DNA from: Gammaproteobacteria bacterium
GTDB taxonomy: Bacteria; Pseudomonadota; Gammaproteobacteria; UBA4575
Assembly: GCA_965222615.1 (NCBI GenBank)
Contig: CBDCUI010000007.1
Location: 128,001 to 192,000 of the forward strand
Direction: 5' to 3'
DNA: 64,000 bases
This document shows, piece after piece, positions 51,590 to 61,015 of this stretch (positions are counted from its first letter, which is position 1; each line of letters opens with the position of its first letter). The notes beneath the pieces were generated by a model. That model saw only the letters and a program-made list of their open reading frames with translations, had not been told where the DNA came from and made no database searches. Made by a program: the position numbers and the translations under genes.

Positions 51590-52203
51590 TAAGCCCTTAG
51601 ACTTTCAAGATAATCCTTTACGCTTTGTCCACATTGGTATAAAACTTTTTTGCTTTTGGCATTTTTGGCCATGCCAATGCATCCTTCCAAACTTGCAACA
51701 GTCATAGTTGCAATACTTTTGGTATCGAGATCTTTTTTAACAAAGCCATTTTGTTGGCCTTGTTTGAATGCTGCTTCAATTCCATTCCTCCACATTTCGT
51801 AAATCGCTTCTATCCGAGAGCGAAATCCTTCATCTACCGATGACATCTCTTGAGCAAGATTATTGAGTGGACATCCGCATTGAATGTCTGCTTCTGAAAT
51901 TTCTTGTCCCACTTGCATAATGATTTTTATAAATGCTGAAATTGGATCATCAGATTCTAGAAGTGGTGCTACCCATTGAGCATGAATCTGATTTGCTAAT
52001 AATTCATCCACTACCGCATAACCAAGTTCCAATTTAGTTGGAAAATAATGGTACAACGCGCCTTTAGTAAGATTTGTTGAGGATAGAATTTTCGTTAAGC
52101 TAGCAGCCTGATAACCATGCACATGAATTTCATCAAGCGCTGCTTGCAAAATAATTTGACGGGTCTCAGAGTCTCGCGTGATAGTTTCTGGGTTAGCTTG
52201 CAT
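51589..52203 (-). CDS. TetR family transcriptional regulator
   Basis: N-terminal HTH (LTKGALYHYFPTK); GCPLNNL. Confidence 0.93.
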   Translation of the reverse strand: MQANPETITRDSETRQIILQAALDEIHVHGYQAASLTKILSSTNLTKGALYHYFPTKLELGYAVVDELLANQIHAQWVAPLLESDDPISAFIKIIMQVGQEISEADIQCGCPLNNLAQEMSSVDEGFRSRIEAIYEMWRNGIEAAFKQGQQNGFVKKDLDTKSIATMTVASLEGCIGMAKNAKSKKVLYQCGQSVKDYLESLRA

Positions 52204-52226
52204 TTTAAGTTAAGGGTGTTGGTTGC

Positions 52227-52265
52227 ACATACCAATCGGTATGTTATACATACCGATTGGTATGT
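52227..52265. promoter_or_regulatory. Double palindromic TetR operator
   Basis: Perfect 18-bp inverted repeat ACATACCAATCGGTATGT-tat-ACATACCGATTGGTATGT; each arm itself palindromic. Confidence 0.85.
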
Positions 52266-52300
52266 ATGTCAAGCTATTTCATAACCTACTGTTTTAACAC

Positions 52301-52993
52301 ATGAATAAACTCATTCTCCAAAAAGGCATATTTATAACCGGTACTGATACGGACGTCGGTAAAACCTATATCGGTACGCAAATTGTGGCGCTACTGCATG
52401 ACAATCGCATTAATGCCGTGCCAAGAAAACCAATTGAGTCAGGATGTTTGTCTAGCGACGAGGATTTAATACCTGACGATGCAAGCAAATACTTTGCAGC
52501 TGCAAATCAAATCTATCCGCTTAACGACATTTGCCCGTTTCGATTCGAACCTGCAATTTCGCCACAACGTGCTGCACGTTTAGTCAATCAACCTGTATAC
52601 CTTCAAGAAGCAATCGAAGCATGTACTAAAAATTTAGCTGACAATGATTATTTAGTTATTGAAGGGGCGGGAGGATTTTATTCACCACTATGTGAAGATG
52701 GCAAAAATGCCGATCTTGCTGAAAAATTAAGTTTACCAATTTTATTAGTTGCCAGCGATCAACTCGGTTGTATCAATCACATTTTGTTAACTACGGAAGC
52801 AATTCATCATCGTGGTTTAGCTTTGTCCGCGGTGGTACTTAATCAACAACATGATGGGCATGATGAAAACATGAATAATCTTGAAGATTTGAAAAATTTG
52901 CTTGATGTCCCGGTTTTTTCTATTACAAAGAATGAAAAAATTAAGAAAGATTCAGTATTAATTGAACTCATTACTGGCCTTTATAGGTCATGA
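52301..52993 (+). CDS. bioD: Dethiobiotin synthetase
   Basis: FITGTDTDVGKT, KPIESG, EGAGG, LGCINH. Confidence 0.95.
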   Translation: MNKLILQKGIFITGTDTDVGKTYIGTQIVALLHDNRINAVPRKPIESGCLSSDEDLIPDDASKYFAAANQIYPLNDICPFRFEPAISPQRAARLVNQPVYLQEAIEACTKNLADNDYLVIEGAGGFYSPLCEDGKNADLAEKLSLPILLVASDQLGCINHILLTTEAIHHRGLALSAVVLNQQHDGHDENMNNLEDLKNLLDVPVFSITKNEKIKKDSVLIELITGLYRS

Positions 52994-53043
52994 GTGAGCG
53001 CAAGGATACGCGAATAAGAGTCAAATCATGGATGATTTGCTCT
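52994..53043. repeat. Family 3 GGA-loop hairpin element, free-standing
   Basis: GTGAGCGCAAGGATACGCGAAT is 20/22 identical to 48309-48330; second hairpin CAAATCA-TGGA-TGATTTG. Confidence 0.65.
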
Positions 53044-53186
53044 AATTAATTTCTTTTCTTAAATATCCGCTTTAGACTGCCGACTCAAGTGATCGCTGCA
53101 ACACAAGCATTAAAACGTTCAGCAGGTTCCTAAACTTGGTTACAGAGAAACTCGAAGTTATAAATAAAGCACATTGCGTTCTTACA

Positions 53187-53636
53187 TTAATCATTTTCCT
53201 CCCGAATTCCGTCAGCTTGGCTCTGTTGTAATGATTCAAATACGATGTCATATAGCTGTTTCTCAGATATTTTTCCATCCGCACTTTTAACCATTGCATC
53301 TACAATCGTTCCTCTATCTAGCGCGATAGCTTTCCATCCATGTTGGAGTAGAAATACGTTCATGGAAATAAATGCTGTGCGCTTATTCCCATCTTCAAAG
53401 GCATGTCCTTTTGATATTGCAACACCATACATAGCTGCAATTTCAAGTACGTCCGTTATCTCACCATAATGATAATTATTTGGGACACGGTGAAGTATGG
53501 ATTCTAAATCACCAGAAGTTTTTTCTCCTGGTTTTCCTCCACCGTAATCTTCAGAAATAGCAATTTCGTGGATATCTCGAACCACAGTTGATTCGAGCCA
53601 TTTAATTTGAACTTCTTGATTAGCTTGTGTGCTTAT
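53187..53636 (-). CDS. doc: Doc-type Fic-domain toxin
   Basis: HAFEDGNKRTA motif; Doc-like N-terminus IKWLESTVVRDIH lies upstream of GTG 53585, so start placed at ATA 53636. Confidence 0.85.
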   Translation of the reverse strand: MSTQANQEVQIKWLESTVVRDIHEIAISEDYGGGKPGEKTSGDLESILHRVPNNYHYGEITDVLEIAAMYGVAISKGHAFEDGNKRTAFISMNVFLLQHGWKAIALDRGTIVDAMVKSADGKISEKQLYDIVFESLQQSQADGIREEND

Positions 53637-53806
53637 CGCTTTGCTAACTCTCGAATAGTATCTTTATGTGTTGTTACTACCTGAGTGATAGCTGTTGCGC
53701 TAGACACATCTGTTTGGATAGGGTGCACAGGAGTAGACACACCATAACGATTGGTGCGTTTAGATTTTTTGTCATATGATTGTACAAATACGGCTCTTGT
53801 GTTCAT
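53633..53806 (-). CDS. 57-aa Phd-like antitoxin (below ORF-track cutoff)
   Basis: MNTRAVFVQSYDKKSKRTNRYGVSTPVHPIQTDVSSATAITQVVTTHKDTIRELAKR; AGGTAAGAGG RBS; C-terminal amphipathic helix like Doc-neutralising Phd tails; overlaps doc start. Confidence 0.75.
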   Translation of the reverse strand: MNTRAVFVQSYDKKSKRTNRYGVSTPVHPIQTDVSSATAITQVVTTHKDTIRELAKR

Positions 53807-54009
53807 GCCTCTTACCTATTTATTTTAAGGTGCATTTTTCCAATTGGTTTAATACTAACATAGCACTGCATATAACAGTTTAGATTCATATCACTATATA
53901 TGACCATATATCAGTATTAGTGGTTCCTAATATAAATAACTTATTGTTTTATATAGGCACAATCTCCTCTCCTAATACTCCACAATTACTTATCCGAACA
54001 TTCATGTGC

Positions 54010-55317
54010 TCATAAGTTATAGCCGGTCTCCTCGTGCTGTGTAATATCCAATCCTTCCGTTTCTTGTTGTTCGTCTACGCGCAAACCCACAACAAGTTTC
54101 ACAACTTGCAAAATAATAAAAGTTACAATTACCGTCCAAACTAGCACTGCTAAGATGCCTTGTACTTGTATCCAAACTTGCGAAGCTATTGTCATGCCAT
54201 CCCCTAAACCAGCTCCACCAAATTGTTCAGCCACCAAAACACCTACCAATAGCGTTCCTAAAATTCCACCCACTCCATGTACGGGGAATACATCTAAAGA
54301 ATCGTCTATTTGAAGCGCACGCTTGATAAAGTTAGTCGCAATAAAACAAATGATTCCAGCTAAAGCCCCTATAAGCAATGCACCTAAAGGGCCAACAAAA
54401 CCAGATGCGGGAGTAATCGTACCAAGCCCTGCTACCATGCCAGTAACAATACCAAGTACACTTGGTTTACCGTATTTGATCCACTCTGCAAACATCCACA
54501 TTAAAGATGCAGTGGCCGCACTAATATGTGTCACTAACATCGCCATCCCTGCATCGTTATTGGCGGCTACCGCACTACCTGCATTAAAACCAAACCAACC
54601 TACCCATAACATACCTGCCCCGGTCACTGACATGGTTAAGTTGTGTGGAGGCATTGCCGTACGAGGAAACCCTTTTCTTTTACCAAGCACAACTGCTGCA
54701 ACAATCGCTCCCACACCAGCGGTTAAGTGCACAACCAAACCACCAGCAAAATCCAACACGCCTTTCTGACCTAACCAACCTCCACCCCATACCCAATGAC
54801 AGACAGGTAGATAAACAAAGGCAAGCCATAACATTGAAAACCATAACATCGATGAAAACTTCATGCGCTCCGCGAAGCCACCCACTACTAATGCTGGAGT
54901 AATAATGGCAAAAGTCATTTGAAACATTACAAATACAGACTCTGGAATCGTGCCACTCATTGAGCTACGAGAAACATCAGATAAAAAAGTATTCGAAAAT
55001 CCTCCCAACCAGTTATTCATTGCACCGCCATCGCTAAATGCAAGACTGTAACCAAATACTAACCAAACAAGTGATGCGAAACACGTTATCGCAAAACACT
55101 GCATCATTACTGACAATACATTTTTACTACGCACTAAACCTGCGTAAAAAAGTGACAACCCGGGAATGGTCATAAACAAAACCAGAGCAGTAGAGGTTAA
55201 TAACCAAGCTGTATCACCTGTATCTAACCCATCTTCAGCAAATGCAACACTCGGCAATACAGTAATTAAAATTATTAACAACCAAAATTTATTTTTATGC
55301 GTTAGTTTGCTATCCAT
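54010..55317 (-). CDS. amtB: Ammonium transporter
   Basis: DTAWLL, FQMTFAIIT, DFAGG.VVH, WFGFNAGS, DDSLDVFPVHG. Confidence 0.97.
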   Translation of the reverse strand: MDSKLTHKNKFWLLIILITVLPSVAFAEDGLDTGDTAWLLTSTALVLFMTIPGLSLFYAGLVRSKNVLSVMMQCFAITCFASLVWLVFGYSLAFSDGGAMNNWLGGFSNTFLSDVSRSSMSGTIPESVFVMFQMTFAIITPALVVGGFAERMKFSSMLWFSMLWLAFVYLPVCHWVWGGGWLGQKGVLDFAGGLVVHLTAGVGAIVAAVVLGKRKGFPRTAMPPHNLTMSVTGAGMLWVGWFGFNAGSAVAANNDAGMAMLVTHISAATASLMWMFAEWIKYGKPSVLGIVTGMVAGLGTITPASGFVGPLGALLIGALAGIICFIATNFIKRALQIDDSLDVFPVHGVGGILGTLLVGVLVAEQFGGAGLGDGMTIASQVWIQVQGILAVLVWTVIVTFIILQVVKLVVGLRVDEQQETEGLDITQHEETGYNL

Positions 55318-55351
55318 ATTGTTTTACCTTTCTCACATCTACTTATTATTT

Positions 55352-55702
<351 letters not shown>

Positions 55703-55860
55703 CTAAATTTAGAATGATTTCTGTAATTACAGTTTAGGTGTAATTCTTATTTTAATAGGACCCGTGCTGGCCCGTTTTAGTTAAAGAACTATAAAGAATT
55801 TATTACGCAATTACACTACAACATGCTGCTTTGTAAAAGCGTGCACTAATACTAGCTATA

Positions 55861-55877
55861 TGCACCATTTACGTGCA
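55861..55877. promoter_or_regulatory. NtrC binding site
   Basis: TGCACCATTTACGTGCA, one mismatch from TGCACC-N5-GGTGCA; about 170 bp upstream of glnK. Confidence 0.7.
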
Positions 55878-55943
55878 AATAGATAGATCAGTGGGATGAA
55901 TTTTGAGCAGGTTAGCTGCCCTGCGTGAATTAAAGCTTATCGG

Positions 55944-55973
55944 TACACAGGGAAACCATTGCTTCCCTGTGTA
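55944..55973 (-). terminator. Hairpin at the end of the tkt-fba operon
   Basis: TACACAGGGAA-N8-TTCCCTGTGTA 11-bp stem; weak U tail. Confidence 0.55.
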
Positions 55974-55985
55974 TGGTCGGTTCAG

Positions 55986-57011
55986 TTAAGCAGCTTGCTT
56001 TTCCATTGCATCACTATATTTACCCAATGCAGCGGAACCATTGCATTTTGCGCGCCAAAGTAAGGCTTGCTGCGCCTTGCCTACATTTTCAGTTTCCCCA
56101 TTCCAAGTCTGCATCGCAGTTTGTTGTAAGGCGCGTCCATAAGAAAATGTTAGCGCCCAAGGTAAATTAATGCCTAGCGCATTCATGGCATTGAGATGTG
56201 CGCTGGCCTCTTCATCACTTTGTCCGCCTGATAAAAATGCGATGCCGGGTACCGCAGCGGGTACTGTATTTAATAAACAACGTACTGTTTGTTCAGCAAC
56301 GGTTTTTACATCTGCTCGATTGGTTGCAGATGCACCAGATATAACCATACTAGGTTTTAACACCATACCTTCTAAAACCACCCCTTGGTTTTTTAGTTGG
56401 TGAAACACAATTCGTTGGGTAAGTTCAGTCACTTCATAGCAACGCTCGATTGAATGATCACCATCCATGAGGACTTCCGGCTCAACAATAGGAACAATAC
56501 CCGCTTCTTGACTTAACGCTGCATAACGCGCAAGTCCATGTGCATTGGCTTCGATGCAAGACCAACTTGGAATGTGGTCACCAATGGTGATCACTGCACG
56601 CCACTTAGAAAAACGTGCGCCTAGCTCATAGTACTCTGCAAATCTTTCGCGTAATCCGTCCAAACCTTCTGTAACTTTTTCATCTTCATGTCCTGCAAGA
56701 GTTTTGGCACCGGCATCCACTTTGATTCCTGGAATAATTCCATTTTTGCTTAAATGGTCTGCAAAAGGCGTTCCATCTAAAGTTTTTTGACGAATGGTTT
56801 CATCAAATAAAATTGCACCGCTGATGTAATCGGATAAACCAGGTGCGGTAACTAGCATGTCGCGATAAGCTTGCCGCATTTCTTCCGTAGTCGATATACC
56901 TAGTTTTTCAAAACGCTTGTTACATGTAGGGTGACTCTCATCCATTGCTAAGATGCCTCGACCTGGGGCAACCATTGCAGACGCAATTTTATTTAACTCT
57001 TCTATATTCAT
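55986..57011 (-). CDS. Fructose-bisphosphate aldolase class I
   Basis: GILAMDES, GIKVD, KWRAV, VPIVEPE, LKPSMV, FLSGGQ, FSYGRALQ. Confidence 0.96.
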   Translation of the reverse strand: MNIEELNKIASAMVAPGRGILAMDESHPTCNKRFEKLGISTTEEMRQAYRDMLVTAPGLSDYISGAILFDETIRQKTLDGTPFADHLSKNGIIPGIKVDAGAKTLAGHEDEKVTEGLDGLRERFAEYYELGARFSKWRAVITIGDHIPSWSCIEANAHGLARYAALSQEAGIVPIVEPEVLMDGDHSIERCYEVTELTQRIVFHQLKNQGVVLEGMVLKPSMVISGASATNRADVKTVAEQTVRCLLNTVPAAVPGIAFLSGGQSDEEASAHLNAMNALGINLPWALTFSYGRALQQTAMQTWNGETENVGKAQQALLWRAKCNGSAALGKYSDAMEKQAA

Positions 57012-57086
57012 TTTTTTCTCCTACAACCTATTTTAAATTTCATGATAAATTAATTATGGGTATTAAATTAAAACATATTCTAACAA

Positions 57087-58565
57087 CTATTCTGGCTCAA
57101 TTAAGTGTCCTACTCGAACTATTTTCAATGCATTAGTACCCCCATCGACTCCCATTAAATCACCCTTGGTAATAATGACCAAATCATTTTCATGCACAAC
57201 TTCACAACATAACAAAACATCGATGGCATCTTTATTTACTTCGGCATGTGTTCGTCCCAGTAGCTCCAAACTGGCAGGATATACACCTTTATATAGCGTT
57301 ACTCTGCGCAAGGTTTTTTCGTGTCGCGTCAACGCATATATTGGTATTTCAGAATTGATACGGGACATCCATAGCGCTGTGGAACCCGATTCTGTCAAAG
57401 CGGCAATCGCAGCCACGTTGAGGTGATTAGCGATATACATAGCTGACATAGCAATGGCCTCATCGACGCGGTCAAAACGCGCTTCCAAACGATGATCTGC
57501 CATTTTTTTATACACTCGTCTTTCAGCAGCCAAGCAGGTGCGATTCATCGCCTTGACTGACTCGACTGGATATTTGCCCACAGCCGTTTCCCCAGACAAC
57601 ATTACCGCATCGGTTCCATCTATGACTGCATTGGCAACATCGGAGACCTCTGCACGAGTAGGGATTGGGCTATAGGTCATCGACTCCATCATTTGCGTTG
57701 CAGTAATCGCAATTCGGTTCTTATCATGCGCCATGTCTATCAATGACTTTTGTACACCTGGCACTTCGGCATCCCCAATTTCCACACCGAGGTCACCACG
57801 ACCGATCATAATGGCATCGCATTCATCTAAGATTTCATTGATCGTCTCTAATGCCTCTACTCGTTCGATCTTAGCAATGATGCCAGCGGTACCACCTGCT
57901 TCAATTAATAAGTCTTTAGCTTGTCGAATGTCTCGAGCTGAACGAGCAAAAGAAACCGCCAGGTAATCGATGTCTAGCTTGGCCGCATTTCGTATATCCT
58001 CCAAATCTTTGGAGGTTATCGCAGAAGCAGATAAGCCGCCGCCTTGTCGATTGATACCTTTATTACTACAAAGGTCGCCTCCCATGATGACATCAGATGT
58101 AATTTTTCCATTTGCAACACTTGTTACATTTAAAACAATGCGTCCATCATCAATTAATAAAGTATCTCCTTCCGTAATATCATCCGCTAAACCTTTATAA
58201 GTGGTTCCGACACGTTCCTGATCACCTTGGTCGATTGGTAGATTGACATCGATACAAAATTGTTCGCCTTCATTTAGCTGAACTACTTTATCCTTAAAAA
58301 TACCGATTCTAATTTTGGCGCCCTGCAAATCACCCAGCACACCCACTTCATAATTTTTTTCTTTAGTAAGTTTACGGAGTGTCTTTATACGCCATGCATG
58401 TTCTTCAAATGTGCCATGAGAAAAATTTAATCGCACTAAATCGATACCGGCATCCATTAACTTGCTAATAGTTTTCTCGCTATCGGTCGCGGGCCCTAAG
58501 GTTGCGATGATTTTTGTATGACGAAATCTATTTTTTCGTTGGCGAATTTCAGTAAGAATGCTCAT
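57087..58565 (-). CDS. pyk: Pyruvate kinase
   Basis: TKIIATLGPA, RLNFSHG, AKIE, RGDLGVE, ATQMMESM, MLSGETA. Confidence 0.97.
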   Translation of the reverse strand: MSILTEIRQRKNRFRHTKIIATLGPATDSEKTISKLMDAGIDLVRLNFSHGTFEEHAWRIKTLRKLTKEKNYEVGVLGDLQGAKIRIGIFKDKVVQLNEGEQFCIDVNLPIDQGDQERVGTTYKGLADDITEGDTLLIDDGRIVLNVTSVANGKITSDVIMGGDLCSNKGINRQGGGLSASAITSKDLEDIRNAAKLDIDYLAVSFARSARDIRQAKDLLIEAGGTAGIIAKIERVEALETINEILDECDAIMIGRGDLGVEIGDAEVPGVQKSLIDMAHDKNRIAITATQMMESMTYSPIPTRAEVSDVANAVIDGTDAVMLSGETAVGKYPVESVKAMNRTCLAAERRVYKKMADHRLEARFDRVDEAIAMSAMYIANHLNVAAIAALTESGSTALWMSRINSEIPIYALTRHEKTLRRVTLYKGVYPASLELLGRTHAEVNKDAIDVLLCCEVVHENDLVIITKGDLMGVDGGTNALKIVRVGHLIEPE

Positions 58566-58566
58566 C

Positions 58567-59745
58567 TTAATTGGCAGCTCTTTGCTCTAGAATTTCCACA
58601 GCAGGAAGAATTTTTCCTTCTAAATATTCCAAAAACGCACCACCTCCTGTTGAGATATAAGAGATCTGATCCCCCACACCAAATTTATCAACTGCGGCTA
58701 AGGTATCCCCACCACCCGTAATCGAAAATGCATCACTTGTCGCAATAGCCTTTGCTACAACTTCAGTACCCTTAGAAAATGCATCAAATTCAAATACACC
58801 TATTGGACCGTTCCAAACAATAGTACCAGCAGCTTGCATAAAATCGGCTAATTTTGCAGATGATTGCGGGCCGATATCCAAAATCAAATCTTCATTATTA
58901 ACCTCATCCACTGATTTGATTGTAGCCCTAGCCGTTTCACTAAATTCAGTTGCACAAACCACATCTGTTGGTAAAGGAATTTGAGTATCCTTTTTTTCGG
59001 CTTCGATTAGTAATTCTTTGGCAACATCGAGCAAATCTTTTTCATATAAAGACTGCCCAATGGGTTTCCCCACTGCTGCCAAAAAGGTATTAACGATACC
59101 TCCTCCTACAATTAATTGGTCTACGTTATTTAACAAAGATTTTAATACGGTCAACTTAGTTGAAACTTTTGAACCACCTACAATCGCCACCATCGGTCTG
59201 GCTGGATCCGATAGGGCTTTTTCTAAAGAATCCAGTTCTTTTTTCAATAATGGACCTGCACATGCTAGCGGAGCAAATTTTGCAACACCATGTGTTGAAG
59301 CTTGAGCACGATGTGCAGTTCCAAATGCATCCATTACATATACATCACATAGATTTGCCATTTTCTTAGCAAGTTGGTCATCGTTGCCCTTTTCACCTAC
59401 TTGAAAACGCACGTTTTCGCACAGAATGATTTCATTGTCATGAAAATCTAAGCCATCAAGCCAATTTTTCTCAAGTCTCACATTAAGACCACATTGGTCA
59501 CGAAGATAATTGGCTATCGGTAGTAAAGATTGCGCTTCATCAAAGACACCTTCAGTCGGTCTACCGCGATGAGACAACAAAATGACTTTAGCGCCTTTAT
59601 CGATTGCAAGCTTTATGGTTGGCAAAGCAGCTTCGATTCGTTTAGCACTGGTCACACGCCCATCTTTTATAGGAACATTTAGATCTTCACGAATCAGCAC
59701 ACGCTGATTCGCTAAATCTATATCTGCCATACTCAAAACTGACAT
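58567..59745 (-). CDS. pgk: Phosphoglycerate kinase
   Basis: [33 protein letters not shown]. Confidence 0.98.
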   Translation of the reverse strand: MSVLSMADIDLANQRVLIREDLNVPIKDGRVTSAKRIEAALPTIKLAIDKGAKVILLSHRGRPTEGVFDEAQSLLPIANYLRDQCGLNVRLEKNWLDGLDFHDNEIILCENVRFQVGEKGNDDQLAKKMANLCDVYVMDAFGTAHRAQASTHGVAKFAPLACAGPLLKKELDSLEKALSDPARPMVAIVGGSKVSTKLTVLKSLLNNVDQLIVGGGIVNTFLAAVGKPIGQSLYEKDLLDVAKELLIEAEKKDTQIPLPTDVVCATEFSETARATIKSVDEVNNEDLILDIGPQSSAKLADFMQAAGTIVWNGPIGVFEFDAFSKGTEVVAKAIATSDAFSITGGGDTLAAVDKFGVGDQISYISTGGGAFLEYLEGKILPAVEILEQRAAN

Positions 59746-59823
59746 GGCGTGACTCTATATATTTGAGTCGTAGAAATTAACATAGAAGTCTGAATTAAAG
59801 CGTACAATAAAATTGTTAAGCAA

Positions 59824-59957
59824 AGAGCCTCTCACGGATAGCGAAAACACTTAGAACAAGGCAAAACTTTTCGAAAAAGCGCAGTGTATAAGTAATACAT
59901 GAGCATTTTGAGAAAAGTTTTAACGCAGTTATCAGTGTTTGCAGCATGCGTGACGCA
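59824..59957. repeat. Family 1 core with different termini (copy G) between gap and pgk
   Basis: AGGCAAAA..GAAAAAGCGCAGTGTATAAGTAATACATGAGCATTTTGAG..TTTTAACG; ends TCACG/CGTGA instead of the GGAAGCTCT TIR. Confidence 0.75.
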
Positions 59958-59960
59958 TTA

Positions 59961-60965
59961 TTACTTCGCGTTCATCAATGCGACGGTGGTGTCTATCATG
60001 CGATTCGAAAATCCCCACTCATTGTCATACCAAGAACAGACTTTCACAGTACGTGTACCCATCACCTTGGTCAGCGACGCATCAAAATTAGAGGAATGTG
60101 AGTCATGATTAAAATCGACCGAGACCAGAGGTGCATCAACATAATCAAGCACATGACCATCGGCGGCTTCTTTCATTACTGAATTTATTTCATCTACGGT
60201 TATGTCACGAGATGCCAGAAAAGTAAGATCCACTATCGAAACATTAATCGTTGGCACGCGCATGGCAAAACCGTCTAACTTTCCATTTAATTCTGGTAGT
60301 ACCAATCCAACTGCAGATGCAGCACCAGTTTTGGTCGGAATCATCGACATGGTGGCTGAACGCGCACGTCTTAAATCACTATGGTACACATCTGTCAATA
60401 CTTGATCATTGGTATAGGCATGAATTGTGGTCATCACACCATTTTCTACACCAATTTTTTCATGTAGTGGCTTCACCAACGGCGCCAAACAATTAGTTGT
60501 ACAAGATGCATTTGAAATCACTGTGTCACTTGCTTTGAGCACATCATGGTTTACGCCATAAACAATGGTAGCATCGACATCTTTACCACCCGGCGCGGAA
60601 ATAATTACTTTTTTTGCCCCCGCAGTTAAATGCCCTGAGGCTTTTTCTTTACTGGCAAAGAAACCAGTACTTTCATGTACAACATCAATGCCCAGTTCTG
60701 TCCAAGGAAGCTTGCTGGGGTCACGTTCCGCACATACTTGAATACGATCACCATTAATGACCATATAATCCCCATCGACTTCTACTGAACCATTAAATCT
60801 TCCGTGGGCAGTATCAAATTGCGTCAAATGTGCATTAGTATTTGCATCCCCCAAATCATTAATTGCAACAACCTGAATTTCTTTATTGCGGCCTGATTCA
60901 TAAATTGCACGCATAATATTTCTACCAATACGCCCATAACCATTAATTGCAACTTTTATAGCCAT
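59961..60965 (-). CDS. gap: Glyceraldehyde-3-phosphate dehydrogenase
   Basis: [24 protein letters not shown]; start at MAIKV after GGAGAAAGGA. Confidence 0.98.
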   Translation of the reverse strand: MAIKVAINGYGRIGRNIMRAIYESGRNKEIQVVAINDLGDANTNAHLTQFDTAHGRFNGSVEVDGDYMVINGDRIQVCAERDPSKLPWTELGIDVVHESTGFFASKEKASGHLTAGAKKVIISAPGGKDVDATIVYGVNHDVLKASDTVISNASCTTNCLAPLVKPLHEKIGVENGVMTTIHAYTNDQVLTDVYHSDLRRARSATMSMIPTKTGAASAVGLVLPELNGKLDGFAMRVPTINVSIVDLTFLASRDITVDEINSVMKEAADGHVLDYVDAPLVSVDFNHDSHSSNFDASLTKVMGTRTVKVCSWYDNEWGFSNRMIDTTVALMNAK

Positions 60966-61015
60966 TTCCTTTCTCCATTCTTGTCTCAAATATTTATAAA
61001 ACTTTACTCTTACTT

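Noticed and set aside
53072-53299. 75-aa ORF overlapping the doc 3' end as a possible third TA component
   Set aside because: Out-of-frame overlap of 113 nt, no RBS, no recognisable motif
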